Shown: piece by piece, positions 9,660-20,325 of the stretch
Layout of the letters: every line of letters starts with the position of its first letter
Position numbering within the stretch: the first letter of the stretch is position 1
Origin: an uncultured Poribacteria bacterium
GTDB taxonomy: Bacteria; Poribacteria; WGA-4E; WGA-3G
DNA length: 64,000 nt
Assembly: GCA_951813565.1 (NCBI GenBank)
Contig: OX638351.1
Location: 1,024,001 to 1,088,000, forward strand
Direction of reading: 5' to 3'
The notes under the pieces: generated by a model
Database searches by the model: none
What the model was told of the DNA's origin: nothing
The model's input: only the letters and a program-made list of their open reading frames with translations
Made by a program: the position numbers and the translations under genes

Positions 9660-10697
9660 GTGAATATGAAAGCAGCCCAATTTTACGGTGGAAAAGATAT
9701 TAGGGTTGAAACAGTCCGAGACCCAACCCCTGATGCTGAACAGGTATTGGTGCAGGTGGAAGCAGCTGGTATATGTGGAAGTGATTTGCACGGTTATCAC
9801 CATCAACCGGACAAGCCTTTGTCACCTCGCATCGGTGGGCATGAATTAGCAGGACAAATTGTTGACATCGGCAAAGATGTTACCGAACGTAAAGCAGGAG
9901 AACGGGTCGCAATTGAACCCATTAGTCCATGCAACAATTGCCCAGAATGTTACAATGGCTACTACAACATCTGCGCAAATTTACGGCACGCTGGTGGCGG
10001 TTTTGCAGAGTTTATGGTTGCACGCACAGCAAATGCATACACCCTTCCTGATACCGTCTCTGTTGAAGGCGGTGCGTTGGCAGAGGTATATGCTGTTGCG
10101 GTGCATGCTGTTAATAGAGCAATGGTATCCCCTGGGGACCGCGTTGCTATTATTGGCAGCGGTCCGGTTGGTTTGACAATTGCGCAAGTAGCGGATATTG
10201 CGGGGGCGACCTCCATTGCAGTTTTAGGAAAACCAGATACACCTATACAGATTGCTAATGAGACGGTTGGCGCAGTACCTATTAATGTAGATAAGGTTAA
10301 TGCTGTGGAAGCCATCATGGATTGGAGCAACGGGCGCGGTGCTGATGTCATTTTTGAAGCGGTCGGTGGCAAGGCAAATACGTTGGAACAAGCTACGCAG
10401 ATTGCAGCAAAAAGGGGACGTGTCTGTATGGTCGGTGGACATGGCGCACCTCTCACTTTTTCGGAGCGGTTTGCTCGCAGCCGTGAACTGACGATAATAT
10501 GGTCATTTTGTTATGGCAGGCGCGGCGGTAAAACTGAGTTTCAAATTGCTATCGATCTGCTCGCTGCTGGTAAACTTGATCCTACCCCGTTGGTCACACA
10601 CCGGTTCAATTTGGACGAGATTACGCAAGCCTTTGCTGTCGCAGCGGGGCGTGACGAACACGGATCCGTAAAAGTTCTCGTAACGCCTAACAATTAA
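9660..10697 (+). CDS. Zn-dependent medium-chain alcohol/sugar dehydrogenase
   Basis: GICGSD, GHE, four-Cys structural Zn site (CNNCPEC...C) and GSGPVG. Confidence 0.93.
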   Translation: MNMKAAQFYGGKDIRVETVRDPTPDAEQVLVQVEAAGICGSDLHGYHHQPDKPLSPRIGGHELAGQIVDIGKDVTERKAGERVAIEPISPCNNCPECYNGYYNICANLRHAGGGFAEFMVARTANAYTLPDTVSVEGGALAEVYAVAVHAVNRAMVSPGDRVAIIGSGPVGLTIAQVADIAGATSIAVLGKPDTPIQIANETVGAVPINVDKVNAVEAIMDWSNGRGADVIFEAVGGKANTLEQATQIAAKRGRVCMVGGHGAPLTFSERFARSRELTIIWSFCYGRRGGKTEFQIAIDLLAAGKLDPTPLVTHRFNLDEITQAFAVAAGRDEHGSVKVLVTPNN

Positions 10698-10708
10698 CGG
10701 AGAAAAAA

Positions 10709-11344
10709 ATGGATATTCTTAAATCACTTGTTTTTGTCGGAACAGAAGGTATTTATCACGACCATGCGGGGAATGGACAGTATTTAACAACGATGCTCAA
10801 TGACAGCGATGGTATTGAAGCCGATTTCTCACGAAACTACAATGTACTTGCTGATGGTCTTGGAACATATAGCACTGTGCTTTTCTATACCGATATTGGT
10901 GAACTTACAGAGGAACAAGAGAAGGGGTTGCTCAACTATATCCAATCAGGTGGTGGTTTTTTTGGACTGCATACCGCTGCTGCTTCCTTCCGAGAATCTG
11001 AAGGGTACCACGGTATGCTTAACGGATTTTTTAACGGGCATAGTCCGTATATGGATTTCACAGTTAATGTAAGCGACTCTGAGCACCCTATTTCCACAGG
11101 GCTAACTGATTTTGAGGTGACAGATGAACTCTACTATCTGAAACACAATCCTGATACTTCACACCATCTAATGCACGCGTATGATAATACAAAAGATGAA
11201 ACCCACGTTATGGCGTTCCATCATAAGTATGGCGATGGTAGAGTGTTTTATTTTGCGTTAGGACACGATCTGGCTGTACTTGAAAACCCGAGTTTTCAAG
11301 AGGTTATACGTAGGGGTGTTTTGTGGGTAGGAAATAGGCTTTAG
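10709..11344 (+). CDS. ThuA-like domain protein
   Basis: YHDH, GGGFFGLH, DELY and GRVFYFALGH. Confidence 0.88.
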   Translation: MDILKSLVFVGTEGIYHDHAGNGQYLTTMLNDSDGIEADFSRNYNVLADGLGTYSTVLFYTDIGELTEEQEKGLLNYIQSGGGFFGLHTAAASFRESEGYHGMLNGFFNGHSPYMDFTVNVSDSEHPISTGLTDFEVTDELYYLKHNPDTSHHLMHAYDNTKDETHVMAFHHKYGDGRVFYFALGHDLAVLENPSFQEVIRRGVLWVGNRL

Positions 11345-11411
11345 AACCGCTAACAATACTTGCACTTACAAAGCGCGCCTACCTCATGTGTCTGTACATT
11401 TTTCGAATTCG

Positions 11412-12368
11412 CTATAAATGGACGTTAGGTTGCTGCGTAAGTATTTCATCAGCAACAGCAATATCTCTATGAATCTGTTGTACTAAAGCGCGCATATTCG
11501 AGAATTTGCGTTCACTACGAATCTTTTCAATAAAGAATATCTCAATAATTTCGCCATATATGACTTCATCAAAATTAAAAAAGTGACTCTCTATCTGGAA
11601 TTTTGTCCCATTAAAGGTGGGTCGGATTCCGATGTTCACCACACCATTTAACCAACGATCCCTCAATTTTGCCCGAATAGCGTAAACACCGTTGGGCGGA
11701 CAAAGTTGCTCACCGTGTTCAATATTCGCAGTTGGGAAACCGAGTTCTCTACCGCGCCCGTCACCGCGTATGATAGTGCCGCTCAACGAATAGATTCTTC
11801 CTAACAACTGTGATGCTAAACCGAGATCGCCCCTTGCAATTGCTTGTCGGATGCGCGTACTATGCACCGGTAAACCATTTAACTCAGTCGGTGGAACAAC
11901 AGTAACACCAAATTCAGATTTGTGTCCTATAGATTCCAGCAGCTCTGCATTCCCTTCCCGATCTTTTCCAAATTGGCAAGCATAACCAACAACTACATGT
12001 TTGGCACGACATATATCAAGCAAAACACTATTGACAAAGGTATCTGGGGACATTGATGCGATCTGTTCATTGAAGTTAACAAAAATTGCAATGTCTATTC
12101 CGAGTTGTTTGAGGACTTCAATGCGTTTTGGCAAACACATTAAAACGGGTGGGCATTTTTCTGGTGCAAGGAACACCAAAGGATGTGGATAGAACCCGAA
12201 GAGAACACTTACAAGATCATCGTCATCAGCACGTGTCCGAACTGTTTTGAGAACATCTTGGTGACCAATATGTAATCCGTCAAATACTCCGAATGTAACC
12301 ACCGCGTCTTGTGTTGATTCAGGTATGGATTCCAAGTTATAATAGGTTTGCAAAATTTTTTTCTCCAC
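11412..12368 (-). CDS. ribF: Bifunctional riboflavin kinase/FAD synthetase
   Basis: GVFDGLHIGH, HSTRIR, GRGRELGFPTAN and NIGIRPT. Confidence 0.97.
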   Translation of the reverse strand: MEKKILQTYYNLESIPESTQDAVVTFGVFDGLHIGHQDVLKTVRTRADDDDLVSVLFGFYPHPLVFLAPEKCPPVLMCLPKRIEVLKQLGIDIAIFVNFNEQIASMSPDTFVNSVLLDICRAKHVVVGYACQFGKDREGNAELLESIGHKSEFGVTVVPPTELNGLPVHSTRIRQAIARGDLGLASQLLGRIYSLSGTIIRGDGRGRELGFPTANIEHGEQLCPPNGVYAIRAKLRDRWLNGVVNIGIRPTFNGTKFQIESHFFNFDEVIYGEIIEIFFIEKIRSERKFSNMRALVQQIHRDIAVADEILTQQPNVHL

Positions 12369-12436
12369 TAATTGTTACTTCCTCAGTAATACACTTTGCG
12401 GAGTAGTTGTAGTGCTGTTAAAGATGAACACTGAAA

Positions 12437-13417
12437 TTAACAATTATTTTGAATATGCCGTTTTGCACTTGCCACGAGTTTTTTAATAGCAGCAGCACAT
12501 GGCAGATTGATACGGCATCCTGAAGCCCGTTCATGACCGCCGCCGTTGAATTCCGCCGCGAGTGCAGCAACATCAACACGACCTTCACTGCGTAGACTTA
12601 TCTTTGTAGTACCATCCGGCAGTTCGCAAACACAAATAGCAACATCAACACTTTCAATCGCTTGAATCTGATTGACAAAACCTTCCAAATCATCCAATGT
12701 TGTTTTAGTTTCATTTAACATTGATTGGGTAACCAAAACCCAGGCTATTTTTCCGTCAGCAGTAAGTTCTAAGGTCCGCAAGGTTTCGCCCAACAAGTGG
12801 ATCTTCTCTAATGACACATGTTCATAGACGTAGCGGTAAACTTCATCTGGTTCAAAATCCCCGATCTCTATCAAATCTGCTGCTATTCGATGTGTCTCTG
12901 GTGTTGCATTGCTATAGCGAAAACACCCAGTATCAAACATTAGCCCAGTATATAGACACAATGCAGATGCTTCATCAATCTGTATTTGTGTGGACTTAAT
13001 AAACTTATAAATAATCTCTGCCGTTGACGAAGCAGTGGGAATAATAATATTGTGGTCTCCGAAAGCCTCCGCAGTAATATGATGATCAATATTTACAACA
13101 GCATGTGTTGGAATCAAACGTTTGCTGAGGAAAGTTCCAATCCGTTCTCGTGAACTTGCATCTAAGACAACTAATATTTCTGGGCGAAAGTCTGTAGATG
13201 CTTTAGCATTCTCAATGTTATCCCTATATGGTAGAAACTGGTACTTTTTCGGAACCAAATCTGTATTAAAGATTCTTACGGTTTTCCCTAATTTCTTCAA
13301 AAATAGGAATAGTGCTAATTCGGAACCGATTGCGTCTCCATCCGGATTAACGTGTGTAGAAATTGCAAACGTCTGATATTGTTCAAATAGGGTAAGGAGT
13401 GCGCGAAAAGTATCCAT
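12437..13417 (-). CDS. nrnA: DHH/DHHA1 oligoribonuclease/PAP phosphatase
   Basis: HVNPDGDAIGS, IDHH, DTGCF and GGGHERASG. Typical position after rbfA. Confidence 0.9.
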   Translation of the reverse strand: MDTFRALLTLFEQYQTFAISTHVNPDGDAIGSELALFLFLKKLGKTVRIFNTDLVPKKYQFLPYRDNIENAKASTDFRPEILVVLDASSRERIGTFLSKRLIPTHAVVNIDHHITAEAFGDHNIIIPTASSTAEIIYKFIKSTQIQIDEASALCLYTGLMFDTGCFRYSNATPETHRIAADLIEIGDFEPDEVYRYVYEHVSLEKIHLLGETLRTLELTADGKIAWVLVTQSMLNETKTTLDDLEGFVNQIQAIESVDVAICVCELPDGTTKISLRSEGRVDVAALAAEFNGGGHERASGCRINLPCAAAIKKLVASAKRHIQNNC

Positions 13418-13422
13418 CTCAG

Positions 13423-13806
13423 CTAATAAATATCTTGTGTTGATTTTTCTGGCACTTCTTCTTCAGTCTCAAGTTCTCTGAGAAGTCCATCTATTTTCAT
13501 AATATGGTCAACCGAATCGTCTAAACTAAACCGAAGTTCCGGTGAATATCTGAGTGCTAAGCGTCGGCTAATTTCACGTCTGATAAACCCTGCAGCGCTT
13601 TTAAGTCCTGCCAAGGATGCTTCCTTTTGTTCTGAATCGCCGATAACACTCACTTTCACATCAACATATTTGAGGTCAGAGGACACTTCTACATGTGTGA
13701 CGGTACAAAAGGCGACACGTGGGTCTTTCACAACCCGTTGAATAACCTCACCCAACTCCCTGTGAATAAGCGCACCGACTCTGTCCTGTCTTCTATTTTC
13801 TAACAT
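13423..13806 (-). CDS. rbfA: Ribosome-binding factor A
   Basis: VKDPRV, VSSDL and LRYSPELRF. GGAGG SD before ATG 13806. Confidence 0.96.
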   Translation of the reverse strand: MLENRRQDRVGALIHRELGEVIQRVVKDPRVAFCTVTHVEVSSDLKYVDVKVSVIGDSEQKEASLAGLKSAAGFIRREISRRLALRYSPELRFSLDDSVDHIMKIDGLLRELETEEEVPEKSTQDIY

Positions 13807-13842
13807 GTTTGCTGACCTCCCGTGCACCAAGTACATCTCTGT

Positions 13843-14127
13843 TTAAAAGAAAAATTCTGTCTCATAATCAACTAAAACTACGGATGAATTTTCCTCAATA
13901 AACTTAACGCTCTGTGCTAATACTTTATTTACAAATTTTACGTCATTCGCAACTGAAACTGCGGCTAAAACAGCAGATTGATGTATATCTTGTGCTTCTA
14001 TTTCAGCAATTGCGAGATTAAATCGGTTTTTGAGTCGCGCAATTATACTTTTGATTACTCTGCGTTTTTCCTTAAGGGATTGGCTCTCTGGTAGATATAA
14101 CTTTATTTTGCAAACACCGATGTGCAT
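13843..14127 (-). CDS. DUF503 (YlxP-like) protein
   Basis: SLKEKRRVIKSIIARLKNRFN. Conserved position upstream of rbfA. Confidence 0.9.
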   Translation of the reverse strand: MHIGVCKIKLYLPESQSLKEKRRVIKSIIARLKNRFNLAIAEIEAQDIHQSAVLAAVSVANDVKFVNKVLAQSVKFIEENSSVVLVDYETEFFF

Positions 14128-14210
14128 TTCTATTGTCTATTTTCTGAAGTGGTATGTTGTTGTTAACTCGCGCGTTTAGTCGTAAAAATAAACCTTCTAC
14201 ATACCCTACA

Positions 14211-14915
14211 TTATCCTTCCAGATCACAACCGATGAAATTTCTGTTTTGAAGGTGCGCTGCTGTCATCACAGAAAACGATCCTGCGGCTGGATCAATTAC
14301 ATAATCACCCTCATTCGTGACAGCAGCAATAAGTTCTGCTTGCAAATTCAGCGGTTTTTGATGGGGATGGTCTTTTGTTTCTTTTTGTTCATGCCAAACG
14401 TCAGGGATGTTATGTATTTTCCAAACTCCTTTTGCTCTTTTCGGCTGCTTTTGAAGAACAACACAGTACTCGCTCACCCGTCTTGTTCTATACCCCATCC
14501 CGATCCTTCCTTTATCCCAGACAATTAAATCCACAACTTCTAACTGCGTTCCATCAAACCAATTTTTAAAACCTTGGCAAAGATGGAACTTGTCGATCCA
14601 TAAAAACAGATGTCCAGACGAGATAAGAACATTGTTAATCCCCTGAATCAATTGCCCAATAATTTCTTCGTTCATTTGCATCAATGAATTTCTGCGTTTT
14701 TCTCGGCTTTTTCCTTCATTGCCGTAATTCATTTTGTCAAGCACGCCCCTATACTGTGGATCAAGGAACGCTACGGGTACCGATTCATTTGGCAGGTGAT
14801 ATAAGAACTTCAAGCCATCCATCTTTAACCTTGAATTCGGTTCAAGGAAATCAGGTAAGATGATGGGAGGGACTTGTAATTCCCGCTCAGTCGAAAAAAC
14901 ATTGTTTTTAGACAT
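14211..14915 (-). CDS. Orphan N6A/N4C DNA methyltransferase (beta-class motif order)
   Basis: Catalytic FLDPQY, HPHQKP, SAM-binding VIDPAAGSFS and RNFIGCD. Confidence 0.88.
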   Translation of the reverse strand: MSKNNVFSTERELQVPPIILPDFLEPNSRLKMDGLKFLYHLPNESVPVAFLDPQYRGVLDKMNYGNEGKSREKRRNSLMQMNEEIIGQLIQGINNVLISSGHLFLWIDKFHLCQGFKNWFDGTQLEVVDLIVWDKGRIGMGYRTRRVSEYCVVLQKQPKRAKGVWKIHNIPDVWHEQKETKDHPHQKPLNLQAELIAAVTNEGDYVIDPAAGSFSVMTAAHLQNRNFIGCDLEG

Positions 14916-15206
14916 GTCAAATGTTTCAGGAGTAAGTTTGATATTCTTATTGATCTATTTTGGAATTGTCAATCCTTAAAAACGCTTGAAATGTACTTTA
15001 GGATACGAATAAAAAAAGATTTTAATAGGACGCGAAACCATCACCTTAATTGTGGATTGCAGATATTTTGGATGAGAGCAACAATGGCAAACCGTTATAG
15101 CGTGCAATTTTCGTTTCAACAAAGGTTATGTGTAAAAATGTTGAAATCAAATTCATGCGAATGGTAGCGGCGTGCTCAAACCAATCTTTTCTGTATTACG
15201 TTAGTT

Positions 15207-17312
15207 TCAGAGAGTCCGAGCCACTTGTTCGTGGACGTAACATTCTAACACATCCCCAACTTTTATGTCATCAAATTCATCAATGCCGATTCCGCATTCA
15301 TAATTGGCTTGTACTTCGTTGACGTTGTCTTTAAAACGTCTGAGTGAGTCGACTTTACCTTCGTAAATCAATCGGTTTTCACGTAGCACGCGAAGAGGTT
15401 GGTTAAATGTAATCCTGCCCCAATTGACATAACTTCCAGCAACTAATCCGATGCGAGGCACCTTAAAGATTTCTCTCACTTCTGCCCGTCCAATAATTAC
15501 TTCCCTAACCTCTGGGTCTAACAAGCCTTCCATTGCTGCGCGGATATCAGAGATGATGTCATAAATAACCGTATAGGTGCGAACATCAATCCCTTCTGCT
15601 TCCGTCGCTTTGACTGCTTCTGTGGTTGGGTGAACGTTAAATCCAACAACAATCGCATCAGACGCAGAAGCGAGTAGGATATCGGTCTCAGTGATGCCGC
15701 CAGTGGCTTCGTGAATAATATTAATTTTCACCTCTCCCGTGCTCAATTTTAACAAAGATTCCGAAATGGCTTGGACTGAACCTTGCACATCACCCTTAAC
15801 AATGACATTCAATTCCTTGATATCGCCTTCTTGAATCTGTTGGAATAGGTCATCAAGGCTCACGTGGCTATGTGTGCCAAGTTTGGATATGCGGTGTTTG
15901 TCTTGTCGTTCTTCGCTAATGGCACGAGCATCCCGTTCCGATTCGACAGCATAAAATAAGTTTCCTGCTTCCGGCACTCCGGTAAACCCAAGTACTTCGA
16001 CAGGTGTAGATGGACCGGCATTCTTAATCCGTTTACCGTCATCACTCATCATTGCTCGCACTCTTCCGGAGTAGCGTCCAGAAACGAACGCATCGCCAAC
16101 TTTCAGAGTACCGCTCTGTACTAAAACGGTCGCAACTGCTCCACGACCTTTATCAACTTGAGCCTCAATAACGACTCCGCGGGCAGACTTATTCGGATTG
16201 GCTTTTAATTCCAAAAGAGCGGCTTCAAGGAGTAGCATTTCTAACAACAACTCTATACCTGTTCCTTCTATTGCCGACACTTCTACACATATCGTTTGAC
16301 CACCCCAATCTTCTGGGACCAATTCGTTTTCAACCAACTGCTGTTTAACAAAGTCAGCACGAGCACCAGGCACATCAATTTTGTTAATGGCAACAACAAT
16401 AGGGACTTGTGCTGCTTTGGCGTGATTAATTGCCTCAATTGTCTGTGGCATTACGCCATCATCGGCAGCAACTATAAGAACAACGATATCTGTTGCCTGC
16501 GCGCCACGTGCTCGCATTGCTGTGAATGCTGCGTGTCCGGGCGTATCAAGAAACACTATGTTCCCATTTTCTAATTCAACATGGTACGCGCCGATATGTT
16601 GTGTTATATTTCCCGCTTCGGATTCGCTCACGTTTGATTCACGGATAGAATCTAAAAGTGAAGTTTTGCCGTGGTCAACGTGTCCCATAATTGTGATAAC
16701 AGGTGCACGCGCGACTAACGATTCGAGAGGATCCTCCTCATCTAACAGAAGTTTTTCTTCTAATGTCTTCTCCTGCACAGCTTCAAAACCGAAGTGCTCC
16801 CCTAAAATTAACAAAGTTTGGTAATCTAAACTTTGGTTAATTGATGCTATCACCTTTAATTTCATCAACTGCATAATCAATTGCGTTGATTGTAAATTCA
16901 GTATTGAGGCTAACGTGCCGACTGTTACACCTTCCTGAACCTTCAAAGGAGCATCGGCGGGCTCTTCTGCTTTTTCTTCTGTTTCAGGTGTTATATCAAT
17001 TTCCTTTTTGGGCGCTATATCAACTTCTTTTTTAGGTGTTATGTCAACTTCTTCCTCAGGTGTTACATTAACTTCTTTTTCTTGATCTGGGCTTATTTCT
17101 TGCTGAGGATCTAACTCGGATTCAACTAACATAATTGTTTCCGGATCCAAAGTACTCATGTGATTTTTAACGGGAACGCCTACTTCTTCCAATATTTCAA
17201 TAAGTTCCTTACTACTTAATCCGCGGCGTTTCGCTAATTCATAAACCCGTACATTTTGACTCGGTGTTGTTTTTTGGTTAGTTTCAGCAGCTTGCTGTTT
17301 TCGTTTCCTCAT
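15207..17312 (-). CDS. infB: Translation initiation factor IF-2
   Basis: [29 protein letters not shown] and NKID. Confidence 0.99.
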   Translation of the reverse strand: MRKRKQQAAETNQKTTPSQNVRVYELAKRRGLSSKELIEILEEVGVPVKNHMSTLDPETIMLVESELDPQQEISPDQEKEVNVTPEEEVDITPKKEVDIAPKKEIDITPETEEKAEEPADAPLKVQEGVTVGTLASILNLQSTQLIMQLMKLKVIASINQSLDYQTLLILGEHFGFEAVQEKTLEEKLLLDEEDPLESLVARAPVITIMGHVDHGKTSLLDSIRESNVSESEAGNITQHIGAYHVELENGNIVFLDTPGHAAFTAMRARGAQATDIVVLIVAADDGVMPQTIEAINHAKAAQVPIVVAINKIDVPGARADFVKQQLVENELVPEDWGGQTICVEVSAIEGTGIELLLEMLLLEAALLELKANPNKSARGVVIEAQVDKGRGAVATVLVQSGTLKVGDAFVSGRYSGRVRAMMSDDGKRIKNAGPSTPVEVLGFTGVPEAGNLFYAVESERDARAISEERQDKHRISKLGTHSHVSLDDLFQQIQEGDIKELNVIVKGDVQGSVQAISESLLKLSTGEVKINIIHEATGGITETDILLASASDAIVVGFNVHPTTEAVKATEAEGIDVRTYTVIYDIISDIRAAMEGLLDPEVREVIIGRAEVREIFKVPRIGLVAGSYVNWGRITFNQPLRVLRENRLIYEGKVDSLRRFKDNVNEVQANYECGIGIDEFDDIKVGDVLECYVHEQVARTL
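16983..17078 (-). repeat. Four imperfect 24-nt (8-aa) tandem repeats in the IF2 N-terminal linker
   Basis: [32 protein letters not shown]. Confidence 0.85.
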
Positions 17313-17592
17313 CGGCGATTATCTCCTTATCAAGGAGTGCCTGTTTGAATTCGGTAATAACCGATCCTGACAGTTGCACTCTTAGCAATGCGTTTATCCG
17401 CTTAGGCAATTTAAAAGCATTCTCAATGCAAGACTTAGAATAACAGACGTAAGCACCACGTCCGGGAAGTTTTTTTAACGCTTCCATCTCTAATACTCCG
17501 CCTTTGCGACACACAAAACGGATTAATGTTTTCTGTGGAAATTTTCTATGGCACCCAATACAGGTACGAATAGGTGCTTTAATTTTTTTCAT
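17284..17592 (-). CDS. ylxR: YlxR (DUF448) RNA-binding protein
   Basis: PIRTCIGC and GRGAYVC. Lies between nusA and infB. Confidence 0.92.
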   Translation of the reverse strand: MKKIKAPIRTCIGCHRKFPQKTLIRFVCRKGGVLEMEALKKLPGRGAYVCYSKSCIENAFKLPKRINALLRVQLSGSVITEFKQALLDKEIIADEETKTASC

Positions 17593-17665
17593 TGATTGAC
17601 TGTGGAACAGATCACTTCAAACCATTTAGGTAGTAGCAACCCATAACATATAGGTTGCACGTTTG

Positions 17666-18961
17666 TCAATTCTCTTCAGATTCAGAAGATGCTTCTGAAT
17701 CAGGTTCAATAACGGTTTCTGACGCATCAGTAACGGTTTCTGACTCAACAGTATCCTCCGAACTAACCTCCTCTGAGGCTAGCTCAATAGCAGCGTCAGC
17801 GGTCATATCTTCTACTTCCGCATCTGCCAACGAAGTATCTACTTCCGCATCCTCACTCACATTTTCTTTAAATAATGTTTCCAATGTGACAGGTGATTCG
17901 GATTCACTTTTTATGTCAATGTTCCACCCTGTCAATTTTGCGGCAAGCCTTGCATTCTGTCCCCGTCTACCTATCGCGAGAGACAATTGGTCATCTGGAA
18001 CTACGACGTTCGCACTCATGTCTTCCTCGTTTAGCTCAATCTGGCGAACACCATCTGCAGGTTTTAAAGCGTTAGTGATAAGAACTCGTGCATCCTCGTT
18101 CCATTCAAGGATATCAATCTTTTCGTTTTTAAGTTCGCGAACAATAGTCTGTACTCGCGCGCCTCTGACACCTACACATGTCCCTACAGCGTCAATCCCC
18201 TCTTCGTTTGCAGTGACAGCAACTTTGGCACGGTAACCCGGGTCCCGGGCAACTGCCATCACGCGAACTTGTCCCTCATAAACTTCTGGCACCTCCTGTT
18301 CAAATAGCATCGCGATGAGGTCAGGGTGTGTTCGTGATACAACAACTTGCTCCCCAGTTAAGGTGTTTTTCACCTCTAAGATCAGACACCGCAAGGAGTC
18401 GCCTCGATTATACCGATGAGATGGTGGTATCTGGCTTGCTGGTAAAAGTGCCTCTGTCCGCAAGACATCTGTCCGCTCCAAATCAACAATGGCATTCTGT
18501 TTATCATATCGTTGTAAGTACCCAACGACAACTTCCCCTTCACGTCCCTCAAATTCCCTATAAACCAGTTCACGTTCGGCTTCTCTAAGTTTGCCAAGCA
18601 GAATTTGGCGTCCTAATTGTGCTTGAATCCGACCAAACTCATCAGGGTTAATTTCAACTTCCAGAGTATCGCCGATCTCTACATTTGGATCAAGTTTTTG
18701 TGCTTCCTCAATCGGAATCTCTGTTGAAAAATCCTTCATAATATCAACAACCTTCTTCGGGACGTGACATCTTATCTCTTCCGTGTCAAGCTGAATATCT
18801 ATTGACACCTTAGCTTCTGGGCCGTAGTGTCGCAATGCGATAACACGCAATGCTTCCTCAATTGCCTTGACAAAAACATCCTCTGGTAAATCAGTGTGTC
18901 CCATCATTTGCCGAATAGACTGTTGTAGACTTTCTCTTCTTTCTTGTGTTTTGTGTTTCAT
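17666..18961 (-). CDS. nusA: Transcription termination/antitermination factor NusA
   Basis: FGRIQAQ, LFEQEVPEV, ARDPGYRAKVAV and AIGRRGQNARLAAKLTGW. AGGAG SD before ATG 18961. Confidence 0.98.
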   Translation of the reverse strand: MKHKTQERRESLQQSIRQMMGHTDLPEDVFVKAIEEALRVIALRHYGPEAKVSIDIQLDTEEIRCHVPKKVVDIMKDFSTEIPIEEAQKLDPNVEIGDTLEVEINPDEFGRIQAQLGRQILLGKLREAERELVYREFEGREGEVVVGYLQRYDKQNAIVDLERTDVLRTEALLPASQIPPSHRYNRGDSLRCLILEVKNTLTGEQVVVSRTHPDLIAMLFEQEVPEVYEGQVRVMAVARDPGYRAKVAVTANEEGIDAVGTCVGVRGARVQTIVRELKNEKIDILEWNEDARVLITNALKPADGVRQIELNEEDMSANVVVPDDQLSLAIGRRGQNARLAAKLTGWNIDIKSESESPVTLETLFKENVSEDAEVDTSLADAEVEDMTADAAIELASEEVSSEDTVESETVTDASETVIEPDSEASSESEEN

Positions 18962-19008
18962 ATTACTCCTGCATAGCGAGGTCTGTAAAGTCATATTGCC
19001 TCAACTAA

Positions 19009-19470
19009 TCACCAGATCAGTTGAATATATGCTTTGCAAACCTGCGAAATTTCAATGTGGACGGTTTTACCCGATGTTTGTTCTAAAACGACACATCCGT
19101 CAGCGACATTTACCACTTGTCCTTGCACTTCAAACGCTTGCCCACTTTGCGAAGCGGCTTCAATTTGAACGGTTCTGCCAAGATTTCGCTGGAAATCCGC
19201 CGCTGTTGTTAACGGACGGTCAATCCCAGGTGAAGCGATTTCAAACTGTTTGTACTCAGCTAATATCTGGTGAACTTCTAAAATCGGGCGAACAGCGTTG
19301 TCTACTACTTTGCAATCGGATACCGAAAGCCCTCCCTGTTTGTGAATCAACAACCGTAGTATCCGATTTTTACGGTTCCCGGCTGTTTCTACAGCGACCA
19401 ATTCAAACCCATCTGCATGAAGAAGTGGTGTTAGCATTTCTGCGACGGTAGTTTCAATTCCTTCTGCCAT
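19009..19470 (-). CDS. rimP: Ribosome maturation factor RimP
   Basis: LRLLIHK.GG.S..DC and EIASPGIDRPL. Confidence 0.95.
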   Translation of the reverse strand: MAEGIETTVAEMLTPLLHADGFELVAVETAGNRKNRILRLLIHKQGGLSVSDCKVVDNAVRPILEVHQILAEYKQFEIASPGIDRPLTTAADFQRNLGRTVQIEAASQSGQAFEVQGQVVNVADGCVVLEQTSGKTVHIEISQVCKAYIQLIW

Positions 19471-19487
19471 TTTTACCTTCTATAAAA

Positions 19488-19528
19488 TAAAAAACGCGAT
19501 TGTTCTCGGTTGTTGAGAGTCCTCGCGG
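19488..19528 (-). promoter_or_regulatory. Hairpin plus U-tract in the rimP 5' leader (attenuator-like)
   Basis: Minus strand reads CGCGA-GGA-CTCTC-aacaacc-GAGA-ACAA-TCGCG-TTTTTT, about 20 nt before the rimP start. Confidence 0.45.
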
Positions 19529-19826
19529 TTCTTCGTTAGCAATTTACCAATTCCCTTTCAAGTGGGAACAGACGACTGCTTTAACTACTGCATCAGCATC
19601 AGTAGTATCTAAATTTGACTTGCAAACCTTCTAAATTGGCATTTTACCACTTTCCTTTTTGGGAATCAAGTCAAATTCAAGATTCACACGAATGTGTTTA
19701 AAAAAACCTAAAAACTTCACCGCATAGGTCCTTCTTAATGAAAAAGGTTGCACTTTAAGACGTTTCTGATTTTAAAAGTTTAACCTATCTACAAACTTTT
19801 GTCAAGATTTATTTTTCTGAAAAAGA

Positions 19827-19855
19827 TTGACATTTTTTGCAAATTCTGGTAATAT
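19827..19855 (+). promoter_or_regulatory. Sigma70-type promoter
   Basis: TTGACA-N17-TAATAT. Confidence 0.5.
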
Positions 19856-20325
19856 ACCTCACATACTACAGTGGGGACTTAAGAATGAAGATTCAACATG
19901 CGAACGCCACAGCACTAAAATCCATCACGCTAAGTGTTGTTGATCTTAGTGTATTTCACTCATTAGCGGATTCCTACATCCGCTGGCTTAGCTTGTATCC
20001 TCAATTCTCTTCATTTGCCACCCCCCCCTCCAACATTCGTTAATTTTCATACTACATAAGGTAAATATAACTTCTTTGAAAGCTATGTTACCTTTCATTA
20101 TACCTGCCCGCGCTCTTTGTCTAACCCAGAGAGTTTTATCGCGGGTTTTGTTGTTGCATTGGGAGTATCCTCAATGCTCTGTTTCTTATTCCTACATGCA
20201 CAGATTTCGTGCTACCGTAGGAAAATTTCGTTTTTGTTTACACAAAACGGGAGACGTGTTATACTTAATGCAGGTCTCCTGCTAATGTTTGACTACTTCT
20301 ATAAGTCAAAATAAGGAGAAATAAA

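Noticed and set aside
14211..14915. Complete restriction-modification system
   Set aside because: No endonuclease or specificity gene is adjacent.
17655..19451. Long plus-strand ORFs (193 and 194 aa)
   Set aside because: They are antisense shadows of nusA and rimP.
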